NCBI RefSeq assembly: GCF_001194135.2
Contig: NC_068989.1
Location: forward strand, 43,245,558 to 43,278,207
Direction of reading: 5' to 3'
Length of the DNA: 32,650 nucleotides
Source of the DNA: Octopus bimaculoides
Taxonomy: Eukaryota
The position numbers were made by a program, and so were the translations under genes. Under the pieces are notes generated by a model. That model was not told the DNA's origin, did no database searches, and saw only the letters and a program-made list of their open reading frames with translations. Below are positions 1-11,933 of this stretch, piece by piece; position 1 is the stretch's first letter; every line of letters starts with the position of its first letter.

Positions 1-158
1 ACCCAGAAGAGTTGCAGGAGATTCCGAAGTTGTCTGGAGGCCGTGGTTGAAGACAATGGCGATTTTATTGGATAAATTTACTCTTTAGTATTTGAAGGTA
101 TTTTTATGTAATTTTGGAAAATATATCTGTTAAAATGAGATGTCAGTGTTATCTTTAT
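1..158 (+). mobile_element. 3' end of a Tc1/mariner-type transposase (C-terminal fragment 1-75 plus downstream sequence), truncated by the window edge
   Basis: Frame 1 reads TQKSCRRFRSCLEAVVEDNGDFIG-stop (1-75), matching the typical Tc1/mariner C-terminus CxRFRxRLEAVVExxGxFIE. It is followed by AT-rich sequence until the microsatellite at ~156. Confidence 0.75.
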
Positions 159-210
159 ATATATATAGACATATATGCATATATATATATATGTCTATAT
201 ATATATATGA

Positions 211-263
<53 letters not shown>

Positions 264-390
264 TGTGTGCGTGTGTGTGTGTGTGTGTGTATGTGTGTGT
301 GTGCACATACATATATGCGCATATACATATATGCATATATATATGTGTGTGTGAATGTATGTATACGTGTAAGTATATCAATATATAATC
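156..390. repeat. Compound (TA)n/(TG)n microsatellite
   Basis: Direct dinucleotide repeats; source of the spurious YIYI/CVCV/HTHT ORFs. Confidence 0.95.
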
Positions 391-1134
391 TGGTGTTTGT
401 AGTTGACACAGAAAAGCCAGGTGCATGAAAATAAGATATTTAGAGATAGATATTTAAAGCATTTAATACAGTAACATTGACAGAAGTTATGATCATTCTC
501 TTAGAAACATCAATACTGCACCTCGTTAGAGTAATACACATTAAGTGGCTGCTGCTAGTGCAAGTGTTTTAGCTGGAAAAAAGGCAACGAATAGCTGTGT
601 GCGTATATTGTTTCCAATTCAAAATGAAACTAATTTCTTTCACCTGCATTACAATTATTCATTGGTCTACATTTAAATATCTTACGTCTGCACATATGCC
701 AAGTCTAATATAACATGAAATAAACTCCCTGTAAGTTCCGAGTTTTGGATGTCATTTGTGCTCCATTAATGAAGCCCATTCCGTTTTGTACAGAAAAATT
801 GATTTATCTTCGCAGGAAAACTNNNNNNNNNNNNNNNNNNNNNNNNNNNNNNNNNNNNNNNNNNNNNNNNNNNNNNNNNNNNNNNNNNNNNNNNNNNNNN
901 NNNNNNNNNNNNNNNNNNNNNNNNNNNNNNNNNNNNNNNNNNNNNNNNNNNNNNNNNNNNNNNNNNNNNNNNNNNNNNNNNNNNNNNNNNNNNNNNNNNN
1001 NNNNNNNNNNNNNNNNNNNNNNNNNNNNNNNNNNNNNNNNNNNNNNNNNNNNNNNNNNNNNNNNNNNNNNNNNNNNNNNNNNNNNNNNNNNNNNNNNNNN
1101 NNNNNNNNNNNNNNNNNNNNNNNNNNNNNNNNNN

Positions 1135-1187
<53 letters not shown>

Positions 1188-1749
1188 TCGTTTAACTTAT
1201 GTTCTTTTCTTCAAACTAATTCTTTGCATTTAGTGAGGTTTTGGGAGGATTTCGAAATATTTGAATGCCACAATACCAAAAATTAGCTGACAGCAAAAAA
1301 ATTTCGAATTATCTCCTTTTCTTTTTTTATGTGCGTTTAACAACTTCTAAATTCATTTTAATTTACTATTAATATCAGGGTTCATTTTTCCTACGTATTA
1401 TTTAACTGTTCTGTGATTGAAAACCAGGGCCTAGCTACGAATTCTGTTTCTTAAACATATCTACAGTTAGACCTTACACACTGATATTTTCTATGCTAGA
1501 ATATTATCTATAAATTTTACTCGGAGTAGAAGAGTCGTGTCCACAACCTTTTAAGACGAATGTGGAGCTAAATGCCACTGCTATTTAGTCTAACTTATTT
1601 TAAATATCAACTCATCTGAGACTGTCATTGTTTTAAAGTGATCTAAATTAAACGTTCCGTAAAAATTCTATTTTAATTTATGTTCTAAACGTCAGCTAAG
1701 TAATGACTAAATGATTTTAAATTATTAAATTCTTCAATATTTTCAAAAC

Positions 1750-3530
1750 TGGTTGAAACAGCAGCAGTGTATTTCGAGAGAAATACGTTGACGAAACGGT
1801 TTAACGTGAGCATGTCGGTGCCCGGAGAGAAACGGTGGTTTGAAGGAAATGCCAAAGGGCTGCAGTTCCAGCTATGATATACAAAAGCAAGAGTTCGAAA
1901 GAAGGGTAGAGAAGTTAAACACAAAAAGGGTGATGAGAACTAAAGAAATTAATCTGATGGCACGAAGCTAACTGGTTTACAAGAACTAAAGTCACTAGAG
2001 GTAACAAAAGAAGAAGTAACGTTTTACTGTGGTACAAGCAGTTGTTTATTAGTAAACAAAGACTTGATAATCAATAGAATATATGAGTTTGTAGAAACAG
2101 CAACAGCCCACGTATGTAAGGAATTTTGTAGTGTATGATAAGTGTGCCTTATAAGTGGTTAGAAACAAAGAGAGTTTTAGACCTGAAATGAAGAGGGTTA
2201 TAATGTTTGGTTTACGTTATTGTATATTTGTCTCTAATATGAATCGTTTTTGATTGTGACACCTGAGAGATTGTAAAGTTTAGAACGGTTATGATTCAGA
2301 AAGAAGAGTGTTGTCGGTATGATTTCTTGACATGTATGGAGAGAGTATTTCCGTGCGTTAGGAAATATCGAGTTGTCCTGCAGGGTTCCTTTCTGAGCAG
2401 GATTTTCGATGCCTGATTTGAAGTAAAATCAAGCAGATCACTACTGAATAGAAATACGATTATAAAATCATATCTGGAGCAACGTAGCGTTGTAATTGGG
2501 CCCTGCGTCTCTGGTATTCACAGAATGTGATTCTTAATTGCCCCATTACTACACGCTTCGTTTGGACTAACTGACAGAATAATACTTCCATTTCATGAGA
2601 TGAGAGACAGATGGTGTCCGTAAATAAGTAATATTTCTACTACGATGTATTTCTGACAGTCATGATCGAAAACGTTGCTGATGCAAAATGAAAAGATATT
2701 GGTTTCACTTAATTTTAATAATACAGATAGATACATACTTGCTTGCATGCCTACACAAATAATATAAACAATACATATAATGATATTTAACGATAGCCAA
2801 AACGAACAGACTTTGGAAAATGAATGCAAATCATGCATATGCACGCGTACACACTCGCATACATACACGCACATACACACATACTCATGTATGCATATAT
2901 ACATACACACATATGCCTATACATACATACAAACATACATACATACATACATACATACATACATACACACATACATACGTGCATAGTAAGTTCCAAAGGA
3001 CGGTATCATGACCTTTAGAGATACCGTTTGGAATCTCTGTCACTTTCACATGAGAATGGCGAACGTAAGACAGAAGGGACTCTGACGAAGGCAAGACAAC
3101 CTGCCGATTGCAAGCATCACAGTTAACATAGCATGATTCTTGCTATTGTGGGTATAAAGTAGAATACAGATGCCACGCGATTTCACTTTTATCGCAAGAA
3201 ATTTGGTCCGGAACCAGATTTGAGAATATCAATATGTTTTGTCGCTGTTGTCTTCTTTTTCCTTTTTTCTCTAAGTCTGAAGGAAGAAGTGGTTAAAGAT
3301 CTGTCTAAATTGTTGCAGGTCACCACCGACAGGCAAGAAATGAACAAAGAGAAGATTTCGGAGCGACGATGTTCTAGGGAGGAAGGACTCTGCATATAAT
3401 GGTCAATATCATGGTACACCGGAGGGTGAACTCACAAGAATGCCGAGTGATGTCTTTACGTAATCGTTTCAGACACTCAGATCCTTTCGGAATAATAGTG
3501 CAAAATACTTTGACACAATGCAGTGGTTGT
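1750..3530 (-). mobile_element. Decayed non-LTR retrotransposon (CR1-group LINE) ORF2 relic: linker, RT domain and C-terminus, with many stops and frameshifts, interrupted by a (TACA)n tract
   Basis: Minus-strand motifs occur in the expected order: DILKSGSGPNF (~LDxxKAxGPDxI), ESDRDSKRY (~GDRSxxSNYRP), SETNIFSFCISNVFD at ~2665-2710 (~GETFAVALDISKAFD), IYGHHLSLIS (~SYGxxPSLxSW), IPETQGP (~GVPQG), FLFSSDLLDFTSN (~FLxFINDLL), FPNARK (~FNAxK), LSGVTI (~LGVTI), LTTYKAHL (~LxxYKAxIRP), HTWAVA (~HIWAGA), HSWNCSP (~WNSLP). Confidence 0.7.
2835..2980. repeat. (TACA)n/(CA)n microsatellite inside the LINE relic
   Basis: Direct tetranucleotide repeats. Confidence 0.9.
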
Positions 3531-3580
3531 AATATGTAGGTAATACTCAATAATCTGCTATAAATGTACATGTATATACC

Positions 3581-3623
<43 letters not shown>

Positions 3624-4657
3624 TTTATTATATTATATATGCATATATTATATATTGTATNNNNNNNNNNNNNNNNNNNNNNNNNNNNNNNNNNNNNNNN
3701 NNNNNNNNNNNNNNNNNNNNNNNNNNNNNNNNNNNNNNNNNNNNNNNNNNNNNNNNNNNNNNNNNNNNNNNNNNNNNNNNNNNNNNNNNNNNNNNNNNNN
3801 NNNNNNNNNNNNNNNNNNNNNNNNNNNNNNNNNNNNNNNNNNNNNNNNNNNNNNNNNNNNNNNNNNNNNNNNNNNNNNNNNNNNNNNNNNNNNNNNNNNN
3901 NNNNNNNNNNNNNNNNNNNNNNNNNNNNNNNNNNNNNNNNNNNNNNNNNNNNNNNNNNNNNNNNNNNNNNNNNNNNNNNNNNNNNNNNNNNNNNNNNNNN
4001 NNNNNNNNNNNNNNNNNNNNNNNNNNNNNNNNNNNNNNNNNNNNNNNNNNNNNNNNNNNNNNNNNNNNNNNNNNNNNNNNNNNNNNNNNNNNNNNNNNNN
4101 NNNNNNNNNNNNNNNNNNNNNNNNNNNNNNNNNNNNNNNNNNNNNNNNNNNNNNNNNNNNNNNNNNNNNNNNNNNNNNNNNNNNNNNNNNNNNNNNNNNN
4201 NNNNNNNNNNNNNNGTGTGTGTGTGTGCGTGTGTGTGTATGAATAATAATAATAATAAATGGAGCAAAACGCATATAAATAAAAGTTCCTTTAATTCCTA
4301 CACATGTTTCAAAATATATGAGAGAGCACTTCTACAAAGAAGTAAGAGCTGCTGGAATTCCTCATATATTCATCTTCAGGGAATCCACAAATAAACATAT
4401 AATAGCAAGACAAATACGAAATGATGAGGTAACTTACGAGCTAAGATGTTACTTTTATTTATATGCATTTTGCTCCATTTATTATTATTATTCATATCTT
4501 CTCAAAATGTATCACTTTAACTTGGTATCTCTACCTGTAAAACGGCTGTGATATCTTGGTTTCTAGTGTAATTTTGCTACCTCTGGTAATTATTAACATA
4601 TTTACATTATCAAAGGTTTTTTTTTAACTGAGATAATATTAATATATACATAAACTA

Positions 4658-4659
<2 letters not shown>

Positions 4660-4692
<33 letters not shown>

Positions 4693-4718
4693 TGTATATA
4701 TATATATATGTATATATA

Positions 4719-4801
<83 letters not shown>

Positions 4802-4812
4802 GTGCGTGTATA
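4660..4812. repeat. Compound (TATG)n/(TA)n/(TG)n microsatellite
   Basis: Direct repeats. Confidence 0.95.
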
Positions 4813-4826
4813 CATACTCCAGTATA

Positions 4827-5043
4827 AAGCAGCGGGCTGACAGAGTCGTTAGCACGCCAGGTAAAACGCTTAGCGACATTTCGTCTGCCTTTACGTTCTC
4901 AGTTTAAATGACGCTGAAGTTGACTTACTTTTCATACATTCCGGTTCGATAAAATAAGTACCAATTGAGCACTGGAGGCTGATGTAATCGATTTACCCAC
5001 TCGCTCCGAATTAATAGTCTTGTGCCAAAATTTGAAACAAATA
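4827..5043 (+). mobile_element. SINE family A, near full-length diverged copy
   Basis: tRNA-like head (GCAGCGGGCTGACAGAGTCGTTAGCACGCC), central TTCATACATTCCGGTTCGATAAAATAAGTACCA block and 3' TTGTGCCAAAATTTGAAAC; homologous (inverted) to 19684-19899 and 21297-21446 in this window. Confidence 0.85.
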
Positions 5044-5694
5044 TGTAACTCTGTATCCTATTTCCCAATAGTTCGTTGCTTGTTATTTCTTTTCCGGACT
5101 ATTGGTTTTCACAACGCCCACCAGAAGCCACAAATTTTTATCTAGGCTGCCCGATGAAGATGTTTTAAGAGTAAATAGTTAAAGCATAAGCGTTGATTAT
5201 TTCTCTTTTCCTTTTCCAACAAACACAGTTTCATATATGATTGACAAGAGCAAATATAAAACTTTAAAACAAATTCACTTCCCAAGTGTGTCGGTCGCTG
5301 CGTAGATTTTAATTTTAATTTTAAAATATATCCGAGTCCCGAGAGTACAGTTGTTTTTTCTCTTTTGATCTCAAAATATGTACACGAGTAAAATATTTCA
5401 TATTGTTTATATATAAAATCGGAGTTGTTGATTTAGGACTTTTTCCCGTTTTAAAAGTTTCGTCGCAAACTTGTTTGGAGGTGTGATACAATGATCGTTC
5501 TAATAATGGAAGAATGGACGACGCGTTTGTATAAATTTACTTTTACACACTTATTCTGCATTCTTAAAATAATCATAAAAATATACACGCATCTGTCTAA
5601 AATATGGTTGCGTGTGTGTGTCTGCGTGTGTATACGCACGTACGGACCTATGTATACATACATAGTACATATATATATACATATATATACATGC

Positions 5695-5745
<51 letters not shown>

Positions 5746-7223
5746 NNNNNNNNNNNNNNNNNNNNNNNNNNNNNNNNNNNNNNNNNNNNNNNNNNNNNNN
5801 NNNNNNNNNNNNNNNNNNNNNNNNNNNNNNNNNNNNNNNNNNNNNNNNNNNNNNNNNNNNNNNNNNNNNNNNNNNNNNNNNNNNNNNNNNNNNNNNNNNN
5901 NNNNNNNNNNNNNNNNNNNNNNNNNNNNNNNNNNNNNNNNNNNNNNNNNNNNNNNNNNNNNNNNNNNNNNNNNNNNNNNNNNNNNNNNNNNNNNNNNNNN
6001 NNNNNNNNNNNNNNNNNNNNNNNNNNNNNNNNNNNNNNNNNNNNNNNNNNNNNNNNNNNNNNNNNNNNNNNNNNNNNNNNNNNNNNNNNNNNNNNNNNNN
6101 NNNNNNNNNNNNNNNNNNNNNNNNNNNNNNNNNNNNNNNNNNNNNNNNNNNNNNNNNNNNNNNNNNNNNNNNNNNNNNNNNNNNNNNNNNNNNNNNNNNN
6201 NNNNNNNNNNNNNNNNNNNNNNNNNNNNNNNNNNNNNNNNNNNNNNNNNNNNNNNNNNNNNNNNNNNNNNNNNNNNNNNNNNNNNNNNNNNNNNNNNNNN
6301 NNNNNNNNNNNNNNNNNNNNNNNNNNNNNNNNNNNNNNNNNNNNNNGAAAAAGAGAAGAAAAAGAAAGACAGGAAGAAAGACAAAAGAACGAAAAAAGAA
6401 AGAATCGGAAAATTTCACTTTCGTAACCAACACGCAACACTCACATTCACACACAGACACACGCACACACACGCACCTATGCTTAAACACATACACATAC
6501 ACACACATACACACGCACACATGCACGCACGCACACATTTAATAACTTCCCAAAACAAATTTTCTACAACTGGATAACATGACAACCACCAAATAAAAAT
6601 ACAATGACTAAAAGGAAATTGACCTCTTGAATTACCATCAAATTGAACCGTCCAAGAAAAAGACCCTTTTCTACACATAAGTAGCATACGACTGACAAAA
6701 TAATACAATGCAATTTCAGCCATTCCAGAAAAAGGCTATTTCTCTATTTCTTTGCTTCTTTCTTTTCTCTTTCTTTCTTTCTTTCTTTCTTCCTGTCTTT
6801 CTTACTTTCTATTTTTCCTTTCCCTTTTTTCTCCCTCTAGTCAAGCCTCCAAAAATTCACCACACAGACACACACGCGCACACATACTTACACACAGATA
6901 CATGCATACACGGACATATATACACACAGTCATATACGTACACTCCGTCAGATTCAAAATAACAAAGAACATTCTCTTCCCAATTCATCTCTAGATTTTA
7001 TCAACCAACTCTCGCTCGCTACCACACGCGCACACTCACAGACACTTACACATACAAACACACACATACACATATACGAATACACGCACACATATGTATA
7101 TATAAAACACATTTTGTTTAAATAAAAACCATTCCTGATGAATATCTGAAATGAGATGAAAGCGTTAAATAAATAATTATCCAAAATCTGTATCGCTTCA
7201 AACAATCTATACATACGTATCAT

Positions 7224-7585
7224 ATGTATGCGTGTCTGTGTGTGTGTGTGTGTGTGTGTGCGTGTGAGAGAGTGAGAGGGAGAGAGAGAGAGAGAGANNN
7301 NNNNNNNNNNNNNNNNNNNNNNNNNNNNNNNNNNNNNNNNNNNNNNNNNNNNNNNNNNNNNNNNNNNNNNNNNNNNNNNNNNNNNNNNNNNNNNNNNNNN
7401 NNNNNNNNNNNNNNNNNNNNNNNNNNNNNNNNNNNNNNNNNNNNNNNNNNNNNNNNNNNNNNNNNNNNNNNNNNNNNNNNNNNNNNNNNNNNNNNNNNNN
7501 NNNNNNNNNNNNNNNNNNNNNNNNNNNNNNAGAGATAGAGAGGGAGAGATAGAGAGGGAGAGATAGAGAGGGAGAGAGAGAGAGA
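7224..7585. repeat. (TG)n/(AG)n microsatellite spanning a gap, with a 14-bp AGAGATAGAGAGGG unit x3 on the right side
   Basis: Direct repeats on both sides of gap 7298-7530. Confidence 0.9.
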
Positions 7586-7909
7586 TTGTGTGTATGTGTT
7601 TAAAATATACATGTATATATATATAGTCAATATGTACAAACATACACATGCTGTGAATATACATATATATATATATGTGTGTGTGTGTGTGTATGCACTT
7701 ATATACATGTAGAAAGAGAAAGAGAGACAGAGATAGCAAGGGATAAGAGAGAGGAAATAGAGAGCAGGATTTTCTTTACTACTCAATCTTTCAAAACTTT
7801 GTTACATCAATAGAATTACGAAAACTAGAAACAAAATATTTGCTGAAGTCACTGCACAGTTTTCGCAGTGAGTGAGTGTGTCCTCATAATTATACATACA
7901 TACATGTGT

Positions 7910-7927
7910 GCCTGTATATATATATAT

Positions 7928-7973
<46 letters not shown>
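7910..7973. repeat. (TA)n/(GATA)n microsatellite
   Basis: About 11 GATA units after a TA run. Confidence 0.95.
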
Positions 7974-7975
<2 letters not shown>

Positions 7976-8629
7976 CAGACAGACACATATGTGTATTCGT
8001 CTTTTGTTATTTTTTATTGATGATATATACGTTTACACTTGCATTTGTGTATAATGTACTTATATATATATACTTTTGCATGTATCAATATACATGATGC
8101 GTGTGTACATGGCTACATGCATTTGCATGGTAATATGAATTCGTTACGCGTATGACTGCGTTTGTTTATTTATGTATTAATATTTTAAGTGTATATTAGT
8201 TTGTAGCCAGTAAATGATTATATAGTTAATATATGGTTTCAGATTGCGACTTGAGCAATGTTGAGTAGTCTTGTTTGATTTTCTGCTGTTACGAACAGAT
8301 TTTATATCCACTCACTCAAGTGCTTTGTATAGATTGCTTCCATCTAGATAAGCAAAGCAAGTATTTTTAGACAATAAACTATTTAATTGAGTCTCCATAC
8401 GGCTGACTTCACTGTGTTGTCTTCCATTTCACAAATTCCATTCTGAATCAATTCGTTTTATCTTGTGTCATTTTCTATAGACAATAGTTGGTAGTTTCTG
8501 TATTACAACAAACGGAAGTGAGGAGGGGGAAATCATAATCTTAGTCTTCAATTCTAGTTTTTCTTTTTTCTTTCTTAATTGCCTCGGTAATAACGAACAA
8601 ATAGTGTGAACCAGCACTAGTCCGAGATA

Positions 8630-8725
8630 GCTGTTCGATTGAAAAGTTTGTATTTCTACCACATGGTTTTGGGTTCCATCTTACATGGTCTTGGGCGAAT
8701 GTCTTTTACAAAAGACTCAGATTGA
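8630..8725 (+). mobile_element. SINE family B, decayed 5' head
   Basis: TAGCTGTTCG...CTACCACATGGTTTTGGGTTCCATC...CTTGGGCGAATGTCTTTTAC resembles the family B head of 13153-13544. Confidence 0.5.
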
Positions 8726-8729
8726 CATC

Positions 8730-9357
8730 GTATATACTACCTTGCTTTCGTTTCCTTATCATGCATCTCCAGGTAGAGGTTCCGTGCAATATGTATTCTA
8801 CACACCCTTATCTCTGTCGTCGTCAGAAATGCAATGACGCAGTTATTGTTCTCTTTGTGGAACCGCTAACTAACGGCAATGTTATTCTTAAATTGCGATT
8901 TAAAAAGAAAAGTAGAGGAACTCTATAAAAACTGAAAGACCTTATGTTGTCTCAGCGAAAGAAACTACAAACCAATGTAAAAGGAAATCAATCTGAGGAT
9001 AGAGATTCTCTATAACTGACCGACTTCTTGGCCCAAAATGTCGATAATACTACATATTTGTTTAATTTTAGCTTTCCCCTTTCGAAGTGGCCATAAGTGG
9101 ATAATCAGATCTCCTCCTTAGTTTAAGTCAGCCAAATGTAAAATACTTATTTATGGTTGGGTGATTGTTAAAATAGCCAAAATTACTGCTGACGAGTGAT
9201 AAGCAAAGTGCTTCGTTCAAGAACACAACATGATAACTGCAGCATAATTGGACATTATAACCTCTATATCACGCGTTGGACACATGAACTACTCAATCAC
9301 CATAATGAAGATGAACTACCATGCACATGACTAAATCTGTGTGTTATGTTTAGTTGC

Positions 9358-9399
<42 letters not shown>

Positions 9400-10250
9400 C
9401 CTTTAACGACACATCCATGCAAATTGGTATTGAACTTCTAGCTACAGTACCTTTTTAATCTTAATCATGTTGAAGTATGGGGCGTGCAATAATCTTAACC
9501 CTGTGAACACTCGATCCTGGACTAGAGCAATTTCTATTCACACCTTTGGTCCTCATGCCAGTTGAACCTATTTTACTTCACTGAACATCATAAATAATGT
9601 CAGGAAAGTTATAAACTTATAAAAGTATTAACATTCCCCCATCCTAAAGCTAGCGAGATATTTGTGCCTAGCCGCCTTCACTTTTAACTAAATTTTGTTC
9701 ATTTCTCTGCATTTTAAAAGATTTTGAAGTCAGTGAAAGTGCTGATTCTGGTATTTAAGAAGCAGCCGAACAGGTTTTCAATAGTTTGTGACTCAATGTC
9801 ATAGTCACTCAAAGATGAGCTCTATTTCTATTTATTGAGTACTACATTAGCTCTACCAATTCCAGTTCTCAGCCGCTTTCTATTTTGTTTAGCCTACATC
9901 TACACCAAGTGGTAACCATTCACTTGTTGCCATTTCCAATGTTGTTGAATATCACGATATGTTGGGCATAAGTATAGACTTGTGCCCTCTTCCCACCGAT
10001 TTCTTCATAACTTACCGAAAAATACATATTTATTTTAATAAAACTTTTTAGTGTTGGTTTTTCTTTTATAATGGCTCTAAAATGAAATTAGAAAAAATAT
10101 TTTGCGAGGAGATTCTAATCATCTTTTCCTGCAACTCTTCCCACCACCACCACCCTCTGAATTTGTTGCCCCTTATTTCCATAACTTTAGGTTTTTCACT
10201 TTTGTCCCCGTTACTTAGTCTTCGCTCTCTACAACGTATTTCTACACTTC
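8730..10250 (+). mobile_element. Possible very decayed second CR1-group LINE ORF2 relic, interrupted by a SINE and (TG)n
   Basis: Weak plus-strand motif echoes in plausible order: DTSMQIG, IMLKYGA, RSWTRA, PNRFSIVCDS (~SNRSIxVVxDG), LFLFIEYYISSTNS (~LFLxFINDLLSSTSN), MLGISID (~LGVTI). Each match is poor. Confidence 0.3.
9183..9300 (-). mobile_element. SINE family C, decayed copy
   Basis: AAAGTGCTTCGTTCAAGAACACAACA...CTACTCAATCAC aligns loosely with 15068-15198 and with the reverse complement of 28143-28277. Confidence 0.4.
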
Positions 10251-10313
10251 CGAAAAAAAATGTCTGCAAAATTTCGTCTAAAAATATGCATTATTCTTTT
10301 TTAGAAAGTTATC

Positions 10314-10443
10314 AGGGATGACTGTGTGGTTAAGATTCTTGCTTTGCAACCATGTATTTTCATGTTCAATCCCACTGTGCGGCACCTTAGGCAATTGTCG
10401 TATACTATAAGCCCGAGCTTATAAAACTTTGTAGATAGATTTT
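10314..10443 (+). mobile_element. SINE family B, 5' part running into an assembly gap
   Basis: CAGGGATGACTGTGTGGTTAAG...ATGTTCAATCCCACTGTGCGGCACCTTAGGCAATTGTC...TACTATAAGCCC matches the family B head. Confidence 0.75.
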
Positions 10444-11395
10444 NNNNNNNNNNNNNNNNNNNNNNNNNNNNNNNNNNNNNNNNNNNNNNNNNNNNNNNNN
10501 NNNNNNNNNNNNNNNNNNNNNNNNNNNNNNNNNNNNNNNNNNNNNNNNNNNNNNNNNNNNNNNNNNNNNNNNNNNNNNNNNNNNNNNNNNNNNNNNNNNN
10601 NNNNNNNNNNNNNNNNNNNNNNNNNNNNNNNNNNNNNNNNNNNNNNNNNNNNNNNNNNNNNNNNNNNNNNNNNNNNNNNNNNNNNNNNNNNNNNNNNNNN
10701 NNNNNNNNNNNNNNNNNNNNNNNNNNNNNNNNNNNNNNNNNNNNNNNNNNNNNNNNNNNNNNNNNNNNNNNNNNNNNNNNNNNNNNNNNNNNNNNNNNNN
10801 NNNNNNNNNNNNNNNNNNNNNNNNNNNNNNNNNNNNNNNNNNNNNNNNNNNNNNNNNNNNNNNNNNNNNNNNNNNNNNNNNNNNNNNNNNNNNNNNNNNN
10901 NNNNNNNNNNNNNNNNNNNNNNNNNNNNNNNNNNNNNNNNNNNNNNNNNNNNNNNNNNNNNNNNNNNNNNNNNNNNNNNNNNNNNNNNNNNNNNNNNNNN
11001 NNNNNNNNNNNNNNNNNNNNNNNNNNNNNNNNNNNNNNNNNNNNNNNNNNNNNNNNNNNNNNNNNNNNNNNNNNNNNNNNNNNNNNNNNNNNNNNNNNNN
11101 NNNNNNNNNNNNNNNNNNNNNNNNNNNNNNNNNNNNNNNNNNNNNNNNNNNNNNNNNNNNNNNNNNNNNNNNNNNNNNNNNNNNNNNNNNNNNNNNNNNN
11201 NNNNNNNNNNNNNNNNNNNNNNNNNNNNNNNNNNNNNNNNNNNNNNNNNNNNNNNNNNNNNNNNNNNNNNNNNNNNNNNNNNNNNNNNNNNNNNNNNNNN
11301 NNNNNNNNNNNNNNNNNNNNNNNNNNNNNNNNNNNNNNNNNNNNNNNNNNNNNNNNNNNNNNNNNNNNNNNNNNNNNNNNNNNNNNNNNNNNNNN

Positions 11396-11412
11396 CGACG
11401 CTCTTCCGATCT
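11396..11412 (+). other. Illumina adapter remnant (assembly artefact)
   Basis: CGACGCTCTTCCGATCT is the 3' end of the Illumina Read-1/TruSeq universal adapter sequence and starts at the first base after the N gap. Confidence 0.9.
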
Positions 11413-11418
11413 GAAAGT

Positions 11419-11474
11419 GAGATCGAAGTATTCGACTTACCATCTCCCACCAAATTGTGCAAAAATTTTAAACC
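11419..11474 (+). mobile_element. SINE family A, 3' end fragment
   Basis: GATCGAAGTATTCGACTTACCATCTCCCACCAAATTGTGCAAAAATTTTAAACC resembles the 3' end of 4827-5043. Confidence 0.6.
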
Positions 11475-11518
11475 GTACAGAGAAGGTCACATTAGGTAAG
11501 GTAGTTTTAGATATAGAT

Positions 11519-11562
11519 GCAGGCGTGGCTGTATGGTAAGAAGCTTGCTTTTCAACCACATG
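11519..11562 (+). mobile_element. SINE family B, 5' head fragment ending in (TATG)n
   Basis: GCAGGCGTGGCTGTATGGTAAGAAGCTTGCTTTTCAACCACATG matches the first ~45 nt of family B. Confidence 0.75.
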
Positions 11563-11897
11563 TGTGTGTATGTATGCATGTATGCATGTATGTATGTATG
11601 TATGTATGTATGTATGCATGCATGTATGTATGTATGGATTGTAAGAGATCAACATTGTTAGATATTTCATACGAAGAAACAGAGTTCAATGCAGTTTTCA
11701 TTGCCCAGAGATATTAATCAACAAATAATTAGCCTAATTAATTTAAGAGAAAAGATATCCATCTAGGGAGATTATACAATACAATGGTTGATTATATTTA
11801 CGAAATCGATAATTATTACGGCTACTAAATTTTCCCAGACTCTCCATTTATTCTTGTTTCTCTATGTCTATTTCTTATTAAGAATGGCTCCACATTA

Positions 11898-11933
<36 letters not shown>

